A stretch of DNA of 64,000 bases, taken from assembly GCF_032062105.1 (NCBI RefSeq), contig NW_026924573.1, positions 62,001 to 126,000 on the forward strand, given 5' to 3'. Source of the stretch: Saccostrea cucullata. Lineage: Eukaryota. The stretch's first letter is position 1, and the number at the start of each line of letters is the position of its first letter. Below are positions 11,986 through 23,872 of this stretch, piece after piece. Position numbers and translations under genes: made by a program. The notes beneath the pieces are model-generated. The model saw nothing but the letters and a program-made list of their open reading frames with translations, was not told the DNA's origin and did no database searches.

Positions 11986-13492
11986 TAGGCGAAACAATTC
12001 CCGAAGTGAAAAAAATATATATTCACGTTTTTTTTACTTTAGATTTTAGGCCCGCTTGTAGCCTGGTCATTCTAAACTAATACAATGTGAATTCTAGCTA
12101 ATTTCTTTTTATCCTTCAGTTCATGTTATGATTTGAACATCAAAGGAAGAAGTTAGAACATTAAATTGACAGCATTTTTACTTCGATATTTCCAAGAAAA
12201 AAGTTTATAAGAAATAATTTGTAATCATTTAAAGTGTGGGTGGTCAATATTGTGAGTTTCGTAAATTAAAGGGAGTGTTGGGTCTGATAATTCGCAAGTA
12301 TTTATCGTTATGAATCAAATACCTCTCAGCTGAATACATGTATACGATGTCGTTGAAAAAAGAAAGATAAAATAAAAATCGCACCCCCAGGAAATATAAT
12401 CATACCTAAGTAATTCATCATTTCTCGGTGTAATATAAGAGGGGAATAAATACATAGCTAAAAGTGATTATGAAAAATGTATATTCTTGCCCTCTACTAT
12501 ATTTCAAGCTGAAGTCTATAATTATCCTGCAATACCTTCAGATATTCCCAAACTGTTGCTTCCAATTTCCTTTATTTCAAACAGACATTACTATGCTTAG
12601 ATATTGAACGTCTTTAAAAACATCTCAAACAAAATAGTCTTCAGTTTAAAATGCCCTATATGTACAAGGAGCCCCGATCTTTTGATTGGCGAGATATTGG
12701 AAGAAATCTGAACGGCAGGACTCGAGCAGAAAGAAAAGAATTACTAGTAAGTGTTCTGGAATTATATTACATGTAAGGAATCGTATTATTGAAAGCTAAA
12801 TGGCAAAATACGAACCATCTACCAGTATTCTTCCGTTTTTATAAAATCGAAGAATATCAAAAAATTAAAAAGACTATATGAACAATTTGTTATGGTTCCA
12901 GTATGCAAAGCTTGAAACAATATTGTCTTTGTTTGTAAGGTACTTTATTATAAGGGTTTAAAGGATTTTAGAAGAACTAGGTTTTAATTCAATATCTTGA
13001 AATTCTACTTATACCCAGTGTTCACTTTCTAAAGAGGAATTCATTAAAATGTTATTTCAGTCTTTATGTTATTAACATTCTAGGAAACGTACGAATGTGA
13101 GTTTTATCTTCCATACTTATACTGGATGCTTTTATTTCATAAAATTCCAACTTATGATACATTGTCGGATCCATCTCTACCAAGCCCTTATATTTACTCC
13201 TCACAATATATGCACTGTTATAAAGGACAAACTTCAGCCATAATTATGTGCTACAGCATATTCTAAAAGTGGTGTAAATTAATTATAAATTTTTAAAAAA
13301 AACTCAAAGAACATATTTGTTCAAAGTCAGTAACATAAAAAGGTGTAACATGTCCACACATTAAACAATTTCATACGGATAATTCAAAGGTATTGGTCGT
13401 CCCCGTAACTGTGGTTTAAGCGTTTGCTTTAGGGTCCTAAGTATAAGGAATTGATCCTTACGTTCCACTGAGATGAGACTGTATTAACTAAC

Positions 13493-13715
13493 CTGGCCCC
13501 ATGACCATAAACTTAGAATAGACTTAAATCAAAATTTGATTCTGAATAACTTCAGTTTTATTCAACATATGTTCTTAAAATTTTGCAGTTATGTATAATA
13601 TATACAAATTCCAACAAATGATGTAAATTTAGTTTCATTATCAATATTTTGAAAAAGTTATATTGATTTGAAATTTTGACTTAAGTATATTCTCAGTTTA
13701 TGGTTATGGGACCAG
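13493..13715. mobile_element. MITE with ~45-bp TIRs, inserted into a degenerate SINE (~13400-13855)
   Basis: CTGGCCCCATGACCATAAACTTAGAATAGACTTAAATCAAAATTT versus reverse complement of the right end CTGGTCCCATAACCATAAACTGAGAATATACTTAAGTCAAAATTT. Flanks GATGAGACT... and ...AGTCC...CCCTCCACCAGC...GGGACGTT resemble the SINE core. Confidence 0.8.
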
Positions 13716-13878
13716 AGTCCTTAGTTACTGTACTGCTCAGGACTGAGGCAGTACTATGGCTGCAATGTCAAAATTTCTAGCCCTCCACCAGCAAGTGATG
13801 GCGTTTCAATATGACTGGAAAACTTTCTTGAGCTAGGGACGTTTCACAAACAAAAATTACGGTTTGCCATAATATATA

Positions 13879-14087
13879 CTGTAAATCACTTTATTCGCGA
13901 GAACTTTATTTTCGCGTACTTACGCGACACAGTGAGCTCACGAAAATTTCATGCTCGCGTATAGGCCTAAAAGAATTCCTTAAGATTATATAGAGAAATA
14001 ACAATTCGTGAAAATTATGTGTCGCTAATAAAGCGTCAATGATTATCTCGCGAAAATAAGGTGTCGCGAAAAATTAGTGATCTACAG
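13879..14087. mobile_element. Tc1/mariner-type MITE (TA TSD)
   Basis: TA-CTGTAAATCACT ... AGTGATCTACAG-TA with internal TTCGCG/CGCGAA subterminal repeats. Partial copy at 26076-26162; heavily decayed copy near 42240-42422. Confidence 0.8.
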
Positions 14088-14229
14088 TAGACAACCGTTT
14101 CTTTAACAAAATGGAATTCAACTCACAAGTCTCCTGAAGTTGATAATTAAAAAAGGCTGGAGTTCCTCGCCCATGTCATCCTTGAAACCAAGTGAAAGCC
14201 TTGTACATGACAGAAAGAAAACACTTGCT

Positions 14230-16634
14230 AAAAACCCGATCAGGGCACTATGTAAAATAAAAAGTTAAAAACTGGCACACTTAGTTGGTGTTTGTGGGCA
14301 GCTGGCACCTCGTATATGAGTCCAGCTGTGACCGGAAGGACTTTAATGTTGGTGCTGAGGCAACTACAGATGGTAAGTTGTTCCAGTCTAGGATTGTCCT
14401 CGGAAAGAAGGAATATCGATCTGCATCAATCCGGGTTGTGGTAGACGGTACGTGTAGCTGCCTCTAGTCCTTCTGTTGCTCGATGTCAGGTACATATCTG
14501 CAGGAATAGTCATCAAGGCATGCTCGATCTTGTAGAGCAGGATAAGTCTTATCTTCATTCTTCTTGTTTGTAATGGTTCCCAGTGTACATCTTGAAGCAT
14601 CTGGGTAACACTGCCAGGTTGGTAATCGTGGTAGTTTTTGGTGGCGAAACGTGCTGCTCTTCTTTGCACTTTCTCAAGGTGTTGGACTTGCTTGGAGCTC
14701 CAGGGATCCCATGCCGCACAGGCATATTCTAGAATTGGACTAACTAGTCCCTGGTATGCTGCAGTGTGCTTTATTTTATGATGAAGCCCAGTGTCTTGTT
14801 GGCTTTGGATGTGATGTTATTTATGTAGTTGTCCCATCGTAGATCTTTACTGATGGTGATCTCAAAGGTATTTGCTAGAATCAACCACATCTAGGAGGTG
14901 CCCATGTATAGAGTAAGTAGCGGTGATGGGTTTATGCTTGTTGGTAATTTGTATTATTACACATTTTTCTGGGTGGAATGCCATCTGCCAGTCCTCTTCC
15001 CATCTGGTCAGAGAATCAAGATCCTTCTTTAAGGTAACTGCATCATCCTTATTTGTAATGGGTCTGCACAGGAGACAATCATCTGCAAAACGGCGAGTAT
15101 CTGACAGCGTCCTTTCGTCGTACGTCGTTAATGTAGAGGAGGAACAGTAAATGTCCTAGGACTGTCCTTGCGGCACTCCTGACACTACTGGTGCAGTTGA
15201 GGAAGTATGGCCCTGTAGAAGTACTTGCTGTGTCCTATCTGTTAGGAAGTCTCTAATCCATTGGAGAGTGGTGCCTCGTACCCCGTAGTAATTTAGCTTA
15301 TGAGCTAGCCGCTGGTGGGGGACCTTATCGAAGGCTTTAGAAAAGTCAAGCAGGATAATGTCTACTTGACCTTTTTCTCCTAGATTCTGGGCTAGACTGT
15401 TTATGGTGGACACCAACTTGTTTGTCAATAATTATTTAATCCATGTTGACTGTCTGAGAGGATGGAATTCTCATCTAGACGGTCCATGACTTGGCTATGT
15501 ATAATGTGTTCGTGTGGTTTACAAGGGATAGATGTTAATGATACAGGTCGATAGTTCGAAGCTAGATGTTTGTCCCCTTTCTTGAAAATTGGAACAATAC
15601 TTGCCCGTCGCCAGTCGTCTGGAATCTTTTCTGTGTCTACAGAAGATTGGAAAATGGATGTTAATATTGGTGCAAATTGATCAGCGTGGTCATGTAGTAG
15701 CTTAGCTGGTATCTCGTCAGGGCCAGTAGCTTTGTTGACTTTGATATTTTTCAGGAGGGTGTAGACTCCATTTTTTGACACTTTTATACGATGCATGTCC
15801 GGGTAGGGGCTGGGACCCTTGTCTGGCATGCTACTGGTGTTCTCATTGGTATACACAGAGTGGAATTGGTTGTTGAGTATCTCTGCCTTGGATTCCTTGT
15901 CACTGTATAACAAACCATCAGCCTTTTTAAGAGGTGCAGTACCTTGTGAGTCCTGTCTTTTATCCTTGAGATAAGACCAGAATCTTTTCGGATTGCTGTG
16001 GAGGTCGCTGCAGAAGATCTCGTCAATGTAGCTGTCATGAGCCCTTCTAAATTCCCTCTCATATTGCCTTTAAAAAAGTCCAGTCCTCTGGGTTTTGGGT
16101 GGATCTGGCCTTATGGTAAGCCTTATGTTGGTACATGCTTCTGTATCATGTCTGTAACATGGTTTTTAAACTGGGTCCATGAAACATTGATGTCATTATT
16201 TATCACTGATTCGGTTGCCAGGTTCTTCAAGCTTTCCTGGATTGCTTGTGTGTCTCTCTTCCATAGGAAAATTTTCCTTGTGTTTGGCTAAGGTAGGCGT
16301 AATAAGTGTGTCCATCATAACAAAATAATTTTGCAAATGCTGGCAGAGGTTTGAAAATTTACCAGGGAAAAGTGGGAGACAAAGAAGAGGTCAAGTGTTT
16401 TGTCATCTCTTGTTGGAAAATCCACAATCTGATCCAAGGCTAGGTCATCTTGCATATTGCAGTTACTCTTGTTAGGACCGATCGACCAGTAATTTGTCGA
16501 GATGGCCACTTTATATCCGGATGATTGAAGTCTCCTCCAAGTATAAAGTAAGAAATCTTGTGTTTATTCCGAATTTCAGTGATATCGTTGATTAGAGATC
16601 ATGTATAATCATCATCAACCCTGTTAGGTGGCCT
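14230..16634 (-). mobile_element. 5'-truncated, frameshifted CR1-group LINE (APE endonuclease + reverse transcriptase)
   Basis: Minus-strand remnants: RPPNRVDD and ILGGDFNHPDI (APE; ~16510-16634), KATGPDEIP...IVPIFKKGDK...NYRPVSLTSIPCK (15425-15913), LDFSKAFDKVPH...SGVPQG (15156-15428), C-terminal QRRAARF...WEPLQTRR (14388-14669). Multiple frameshifts. Confidence 0.92.
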
Positions 16635-17444
16635 GGCCTTTAACTCGACATTAAGATATACAGACAACGTTTTATAAATATTGCATTCATATATGTAACC
16701 TCAATATATCCAAGTGTACTCGAAATAAAAAAAAACAGCGCAGTGTCTGCTACATCTGTTTCATATTTGAATATTTTACTGACAAAAGATGATAAGTTTA
16801 CTACAGACTACATTGTAAACGTGTTTTTAAAAAAACTACATGGCTTACGTTTTTTTTCTGTCGTCAAATTTCCCTTACTGTGCAGTAATACTCCTCTATC
16901 ACCTGCATGTGGCGTTTATGTCTCTTAACTTAGTGGGTACTCAAGAGGATTGAATTCTCTGAATACTTTGAAATTTCAAAACAAGACAGGCTACTGACAG
17001 ACACGAGGATTTGAAAAACCTCGTTTTAAGTCATAATTTCGCAAATTCTATAGCCGTTATAATAATGACCTTGTGAGAATATACATCCCATCAATATGTC
17101 GTATTTTGACAGACATATTTCATACCAATTTTTAGATTTTCTTTTTGTACTAAATTTGACTAGGTAATATGCTGACTACCTGATCAAATATAAAGCTGAA
17201 TGCGGATGTGAAAGGTCGACGGGGGATGCTTCCTCTATATAGGCATCTGATCTTACCTCTGAAGTTTTGAAGAATCGTGCTTTCTGCTCTGTCTAAAGAT
17301 TTGCATTGTTACGGTCATTCTTCGATCTCATCACCTATATCATGTATATCATCACCTTCAAAATTGAGATTTCATCCCTAGAAGGATTCCTCTGGAAGTA
17401 GTGTGCTTTATGTAATGAGGTTTATTCAAAGTTGGCTTTTATAT

Positions 17445-17615
17445 ATAAACCATAAAATGTCTTTCTTTGTTTGATGATGTGGAAATTAACGTTGCAGCTA
17501 TTGTAGATAAAATTACATGACCCGCTTATTTTAAATGCAGGTTATGCATTTATCTGCTAAAAGGTGCAACGTTAATTCCCAAACTAACAACCAAAGAATG
17601 CATTTAAATGCTTAA
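17445..17615. repeat. Imperfect ~170-bp palindrome, probable non-autonomous DNA-transposon end
   Basis: Arms TTCTTTG..AATTAACGTTGCA..AGATAAA..CATGACCCGC / GCAGGTTATG..TTTATCT..TGCAACGTTAATT..CAAAGAA. Confidence 0.55.
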
Positions 17616-17940
17616 AAGATATACAAATTTATGTACCATCGTTTGATTTTAACTTAACGGGAACATGAAGAATCTTGAAACAGATTAGAGCTTATACTCA
17701 ATTCATTACACAAGTATACGTATAACTGATAATGAGATAACACGGGAATGTTGTATAAGAGCATATATATCGCCCACACTGATGTTAATGAAAGATTTTG
17801 TCATGAACACATTTGTCAAGGCAAATGTCCCAAAAGATGAAATGGGTGAAGATAGGAAACAGTGTTTGTTTTTTTTATTTCAAATATCTACAAACAATTA
17901 AACAAATCTCCAGTTTTAAGTACTGAGTGTTCAATATTTT

Positions 17941-18070
17941 ACATTTATTGACTGAGTTCGAGGGCATAATGGGTTTTGTCGGACCCAAGAACCAAACTGT
18001 CTGCCTGAAGCCGTTAGGCCGAAGGCAAACAGTTTGGTTCGAGGGTCGACAAAAGGCAGTCAATAAATGT
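17941..18070. repeat. Long hairpin/palindrome, probable transposon terminal structure
   Basis: Outer arms ACATTTATTGACTG / CAGTCAATAAATGT; inner arms TTTTGTCGGACCCAAGAACCAAACTGTCTGCCT / AGGCAAACAGTTTGGTTCGAGGGTCGACAAAA. Confidence 0.7.
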
Positions 18071-19189
18071 CTTTCGATTTTTTTATGTTCGCTCACCAAT
18101 ACATTAGAAATGTTGAACTTTTTACGTATAGATTTGCATAGGAACAAATTTTTATAGGTATAACAACAGCAACTATTTCTTTACAATAGAATAGCACTTA
18201 CATCAGTCCATCTCGACCACATTTAGGTTTTTAAAAGATGTGGTAGTATTCTGAAATTATCATTGTTATTATATTGTCAAGGTATTGGTTCATTGTTAAA
18301 TTTACTACAATCCTTGAATCTTCCTTATATTGTGGGTTCTCCATGAACTTAATTCTTTATCCTGTATTTGTTGCCCACGAACATATTGACCTTAAAATAA
18401 TTCCATTGAACATGTAGTTCATTTTGCATGTCACTCAGATGACTTGATGTTGGAATAAAGTTCATACCGTTTACATCTTTTATATTCGATCTTGTTTATG
18501 TGTTGTGAAATTAAAATTATACATATCATTACTTTCATTATAATGTTTCCTTACAGAGGTTTTATTTTAAAAATCAATCGTCATTTCCAATGATTTCTAA
18601 AATACATGTAGCAGTGTTATGTTTTAAAAAAAATACCATGTACACAATTAAATTGTATATCCAATACGTCTCAATGTGTATATGTAAAACTACACCAATC
18701 AGCAAAATGTCAAGAGACAGAACCAAACAAATACTATTTAAAGAAAATAAACCCAAACAAAAAAAAAATCAGAGTAAAATTGATAAAACTAGAATGTATG
18801 CCTTATGATGTCCTGCCTGAACTGACGATAAGGCCACCTTTCGCTTCAGTTCACATTAAAAAACGATTTTCAATGAAAATGACGATAGGTGGCAAAATGT
18901 TTTAATAATTTTGCTTTGAAATTTTGATTAACCTCTAAGCAATTAAAAAAAAAATATTTTTCAAGAAATAAAAATCTTGAAAGATCATGCATATAATGTT
19001 CTTTACAGCTAAATTTTCCATGGATTTTCCATTTGTCCGATAAAATACATTTTGAAAGAACGATATATGAAGGTTTTTTTTTTTGTATATTTGGACTTTT
19101 GAAAATTGATTACTTTTTTTCTTCAGATTTCATTAAATATATATTCAAAAGACTGGATTTTCCTTTATTTTGTCCGAGTCATGACTTAA

Positions 19190-19680
19190 TTAATTATTAT
19201 TTAATAAGGCTTTGCATTCTAAAAAAAAAAAACATTTGGAATGTTATTAATAATTTTGCATTAAATATGAACATTTAACAGAGGATTCTTTTTTTAGTTA
19301 CTCCTCAATGAGTAAAAACATGGCACTAATTGAATAACTTCCATCCAATATGTTTTAGACCGTTCTGGTGCCGAATCACGTGATTTGCTCACAAAAGTTA
19401 AAAGAACCCACTTTGTATATTGTTTTATTGGACATTTGAGTTTGGTTACTGTTCTTTATCTTCCTATTTTATTAAATATATATTTTCAAATATTGATTAC
19501 TGGTTATGTTTCACAACTTTACACATTATTTCTGTGGTATAGTTTTGAAGTCACTTCATCTTAATTAATTATTGTTTAATAAGGCTTTGCATTTTTTAAA
19601 AAAAAAAACATTTGGAATGTTTTTATTAATTTTACATTAATTATAGAATTTTTAATTATAGTAATTCTTTTTTTTTTTAA
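19190..19680. repeat. Local ~90-bp direct duplication (19190-19290 and 19570-19670)
   Basis: TTAATAAGGCTTTGCATT..AAAAAAACATTTGGAATGTT..ATTAA occurs twice. Confidence 0.7.
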
Positions 19681-20899
19681 TTTTGAATTACTTTTCCCGA
19701 CAATTAGTAAAAAAAAAAAAACCTTTATGCGCATGCAAAATTTATAACTTCTTGTCAATGGTTTTGTGTACTGGTAATACATTTCCAGATTATTGCTACC
19801 ATGAACTACTACTTATCACGAGACAAATTGGTGGTTCAAGAATTATGTGCTTTCATCAAACAGTTTAAATATATACGCATTCTGACTTTGGACAACTACT
19901 TTATTGACTTAATATATGTACATAATAAACATTTTTAAATTAAATTGTTTATTATAAGCTGTATGCAAGTATATTAAATGAAATATATGGTGATACGAAC
20001 AGTATTTCAGCTCAAAAGTCAAATAAACAATACAAATAGGAGCAGAGAATACACTTAACAATTATTATGAAAAACTATAATCAGACTTAATGATAATTAT
20101 ATTTATTGAAAAGGTCAAGTTATTGACCACTGAACTTACGAAATGATTACTTGAAACGGAACTGCTGATTGTTTCAGCAAACTGTGTTAATAACTTACCT
20201 CTTCTTAGAAATTTTTCATACTTAGAGCATGCTGAGATATGTAAACTCCCAATTCAGGTGATGAGGTATAATGTTGCATAAGTAAAGGAAGTTGACGTTT
20301 GAAAAGTTAAAGTCATCATGCACGTTTGTCATCAATTATTTATTAAAACTATGATGTTAGATTACCATTAACGTCTTTTTCAATTAAAATATCTAAATCT
20401 AACACAGATGTGTCAGACTCTGTGGTATTTTTTTTTCAACTTACTGGGATATATCGTATCGACATAAGAATGAAAATAACAATTGTTAATTGACAATACG
20501 GCGTCGATATATGTTAAGGTCGAGTTGAAGGCCACAGCAAGTGTTTTTTTTCTTTTCACGTACGATTTGATGTTTTATATAGTGTTGAAAAATCGTAAGA
20601 TTTAATGCTGATGATTTTGGCAAAATTTTGCGATTTCAATTTTTTTTCAAAAGTTTCTTGGAATTTTTAAGTATCCAACTCTGATTTACACCACTTCTCA
20701 AATATATGGTTGCACAGTATTCCTCAAGTTTCTCACTACTGTTAATATTTTAATGAGGAGTAAAGAGGCTTGGTAGAACAATTACTCGATTCAGCTATTT
20801 ATCTTTGTTTGCAAGAATTTTTATGAAGTTTAGGAATCCAACAGAGATATGGTCAATCAAAACTTGCATGGTTTTGACGAATTTCCTCTCTTGAAAAGG

Positions 20900-21320
20900 A
20901 GCTATAGATATAAGTTGGATTATCACTAGTTGGTTTTCATTTTGCCCCTCAATCACTTAATGCTAGATTTTAACGTACATCTGATACATTCAATCCATTT
21001 TGATAACGTATCAAGGTGTTCTTTTTCATGTTTTGCCCATCGTCTGGCGTTGTCTTCTACAGAGCCCATTATATTTTTAAATGATGGCGCCAATTAAAAG
21101 ATCAGGGTTCCCTAAATTTTGACCCTTTTAAAATTACAATGATTTAAGGTCCTCATTATTAACTATGTTTATGTCAGCAGTAATAAAGTGTCTAGCAAGA
21201 CTATAGTTGTAGGGTGAAGAAGAACATAAATAGGAAAGCGAATCATGTATAAATAGGAAAGCGAATTATGTTTTAGATTTTCGATATCTAGGCTCTGTAG
21301 TTTTCTTGATGTTCAAAAAT
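20900..21320 (-). mobile_element. Inverted fragment of the same Penelope-like family
   Basis: Reverse complement matches 22550-22815 (ATGTTCTTCTT..AACTATAGTC..ATAATGAGGACCTTA..TGAAAAAGA..ATGGATT..GTTAAAATC..ATGAAAACCA). Confidence 0.7.
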
Positions 21321-21419
21321 TTGGAAGCAAAAGTTTATGTAAATGAATATGTTTGTGAAATACATGGTGTAGTCTTAACAGAGTTCAGTCTTGCATTTCA
21401 CATTGATCTACGCCATGCA

Positions 21420-22250
21420 TTTGCAACAAATATTCCCAAACTGTTGCAGTCATACTTTTTTCAACTATAATCAAACATTAACATAACAAAATCTTCCTAT
21501 GCGTTTTTTTTCTTTTAACTACAGTCTGTCTCACACGTCCTGGCTGAGATTGCATGGCTACCTTTCAGCAATTTTTTTTTTTTAAAGTCATAAATACAGG
21601 GAGTCCCAATCTCTCAGTTGGTGTAAGAATTTCATTTCTATTGAATAATTCGAAAATCATCCTACACTTTGGATAAAATAACGGTATGAAGAAGACCTGA
21701 ATACACCTGTACTTTGTCAGAATGGAATAAGTGTTTTAGAAATATATCAAAGACAGTTAGAATTAGATTACATGAATATATACAAACCATCTATCCTTTG
21801 TTTTCATTAAATTGGAATTGATAAAAGAATTATAGACAGACGATATGAATACATGTACTATGTTAAAGCAAACAAGGCTTGTAATAATATCAAAATTTGA
21901 TAGGCTCATTATTGTAACTGTATTTATTTAAGAAATAGGTTCTAATTCTACATCTAGAAATTCATTTTACATGATGCACTCCAATTACCATTCCAGTCAA
22001 AGGTTTGTCCGACCTACCGACATACAATGAATTCCTAAATTTTATAAGAATCCTTACAAAGATACATTGCCGGGCCTAGCATGTGCAGTTGTGTTTGTTC
22101 TACCAAAGCCCTCTCAAAAATATGAATTGCAGAAAGGGGAAACTTCAGATGTTCTCTATAACAGCATATTCTAGAAGTGGTACTATTCAAATGTGCAATC
22201 TTAAAAACTCCAATTTAAAAACTTTTAGATTTTTTTTTTTAAAAATACCG
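21420..22250 (+). mobile_element. Second decayed Penelope-like fragment
   Basis: ATATTCCCAAACTGTTGC is shared with 12542; AAGGCTTGTAATAATATC..GGCTCATTATTGTAACTG..AATCCTTACAAAGATACATTGC..TATTCTAGAAGTGGT parallels 22900-24020. Confidence 0.6.
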
Positions 22251-23080
22251 AACGAGGGTTTTATTTATTTTTATTTATTTGTTTACGTTTTACTCTAGAC
22301 AATGGGGCTAAAACAATCGTCTTTTTCTTAAACATCAATGTGCCAATAAAGGAATTGACCCGGTTACTATAAGTAATATTCTCAATTACAAAAGGGCCCA
22401 GTCTTGTATTCCACCATATTTCAAGTTAAAGACTACACCTTGTATTTCCTACAAATATACATATGCATCGGCCATTGCTTCCAAACTTTTTAATTACAAA
22501 AAAAAAAACTTTACATGGCCTGGATATCGAGTATCTTAAACATAATCCTCCATCGTGTTCATGTTCTTCTTTACCCTATACTATTAACTATAGTCCTGCT
22601 GAACAGGTTATTACACTGACGTAAATATAGTTGATAATGAGGACCTTATATCACTTATTTTAAAAGGTCCTAAATATAGGGAGCGATTGCGCCAGGAGCT
22701 GGGCCAGGTATGAAAAAGACGTTAATTGACACTTTGTCGGAATGGATTAAATCTATCAGATCTGTGTTAAAATCGCATATTAAATGACGGAAGGGGGGGA
22801 TATGAAAACCATCTACAATTCTGTATTCAATAATTCAGAAGTGAAAAAAGAATTAGATAGATTACATGATCAGTATACGTACTGGTTTCTGCTGACAAAG
22901 CAGGTAGCAACAATGTCTTTCTTTGTAAGGCTCATTATATAAATTGTATTTTAGAAGACCTTAATTAGTTTTAATTCTACAAGTGGTAATCCTACGTACT
23001 TTACTCATAGTTCCCTTTCTAAGGAAGAAATTCTTCAAAATCATGTCAGTTTTGAATATTTTTAGTATCCCAAAGAACTA

Positions 23081-23082
<2 letters not shown>

Positions 23083-23157
<75 letters not shown>
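23083..23157. repeat. (TA)n microsatellite
   Basis: Direct inspection. Confidence 0.97.
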
Positions 23158-23160
<3 letters not shown>

Positions 23161-23434
23161 GAATATTCATTCGATGAGGTGATATTCGAATATAAATGCA
23201 TGATTCGAATATTCGTTTTTTTAAGTGTACAAGCATTTAAAAGAGAGAAAAACCTGGCAAGTTTTATTAGAAATTGAATCAAGTTTAACAAAATTAAAAG
23301 ACAGTCCTCTTCGATTACCTTTTATTTGTGAAGAGTGTATCTATTAAAGTAATTTATTTATTTGATCATTAATGAGTGGTAAAATAGTGCCCAGTACTTA
23401 CAGTCAGCTTGTATTGTTGTAAGGACACAGTTTT

Positions 23435-23783
23435 ACAAGACAAGACAAGACTTTATTCTCATAAACTGTACAAGACAGTATAGAGAGGATATTACATAAA
23501 ATATTTACAATTAATTAAGCATGCGTGAGACAAAGAAAAAATGAAAAAAATGACAATGTCACAGACCAAGAGAGCCGACTCTCTCCATTATAGTTCCAAT
23601 AAATTTACATAACTTAATTAATTTTTCCCTGCTGTTCAAATTAAATAGTTGGTCAAACTTAAAAACATTAGGGTTTATATAATAATACTTGGGCAATAGA
23701 TTTAATCTAGAATTCTTAATGTATAGGTCAGTGCATTTAAATAAATAATGAAATTCATCTCCTATTTCCTATATCTCCTACAT

Positions 23784-23784
<1 letters not shown>
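23435..23784 (-). mobile_element. 3' end of a LINE (RTEX-like C-terminal zinc-knuckle region) with (TTGTC)n tail
   Basis: Minus strand reads EIGDEFHYLFKCTDLYIKNSRLNLLPKYYYINPNVFKFDQLF..., followed by AATAAAG and TCTTGTCTTGTCTTGT. Confidence 0.7.

Positions 23785-23868
<84 letters not shown>
23785..23868. repeat. (TA)n microsatellite
   Basis: Direct inspection. Confidence 0.97.

Positions 23869-23872
<4 letters not shown>

Larger units (their letters stand above)
12540..17340 (+). mobile_element. Decayed Penelope-like retroelement, interrupted by younger insertions
   Basis: 12540-13390 is similar to 22460-24120. 14150-14229 plus 16635-16930 give a degenerate RT C-terminal half (..AFNST.RY.D..IYPS.LEIK...SATSVSYLNILL..FPLLCSNTPLSPACGVYVS). 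3' region runs to ~17340. Boundaries approximate. Confidence 0.7.

Noticed and set aside
14388-16509. Functional reverse transcriptase gene
   Set aside because: Multiple frameshifts, stops and deletions, and 5' truncation; a dead CR1 copy.
18100-20880. Hidden gene in the intergenic spacer
   Set aside because: Very AT-rich, only short low-complexity ORFs, no convincing exon chain or RNA-gene structure seen.
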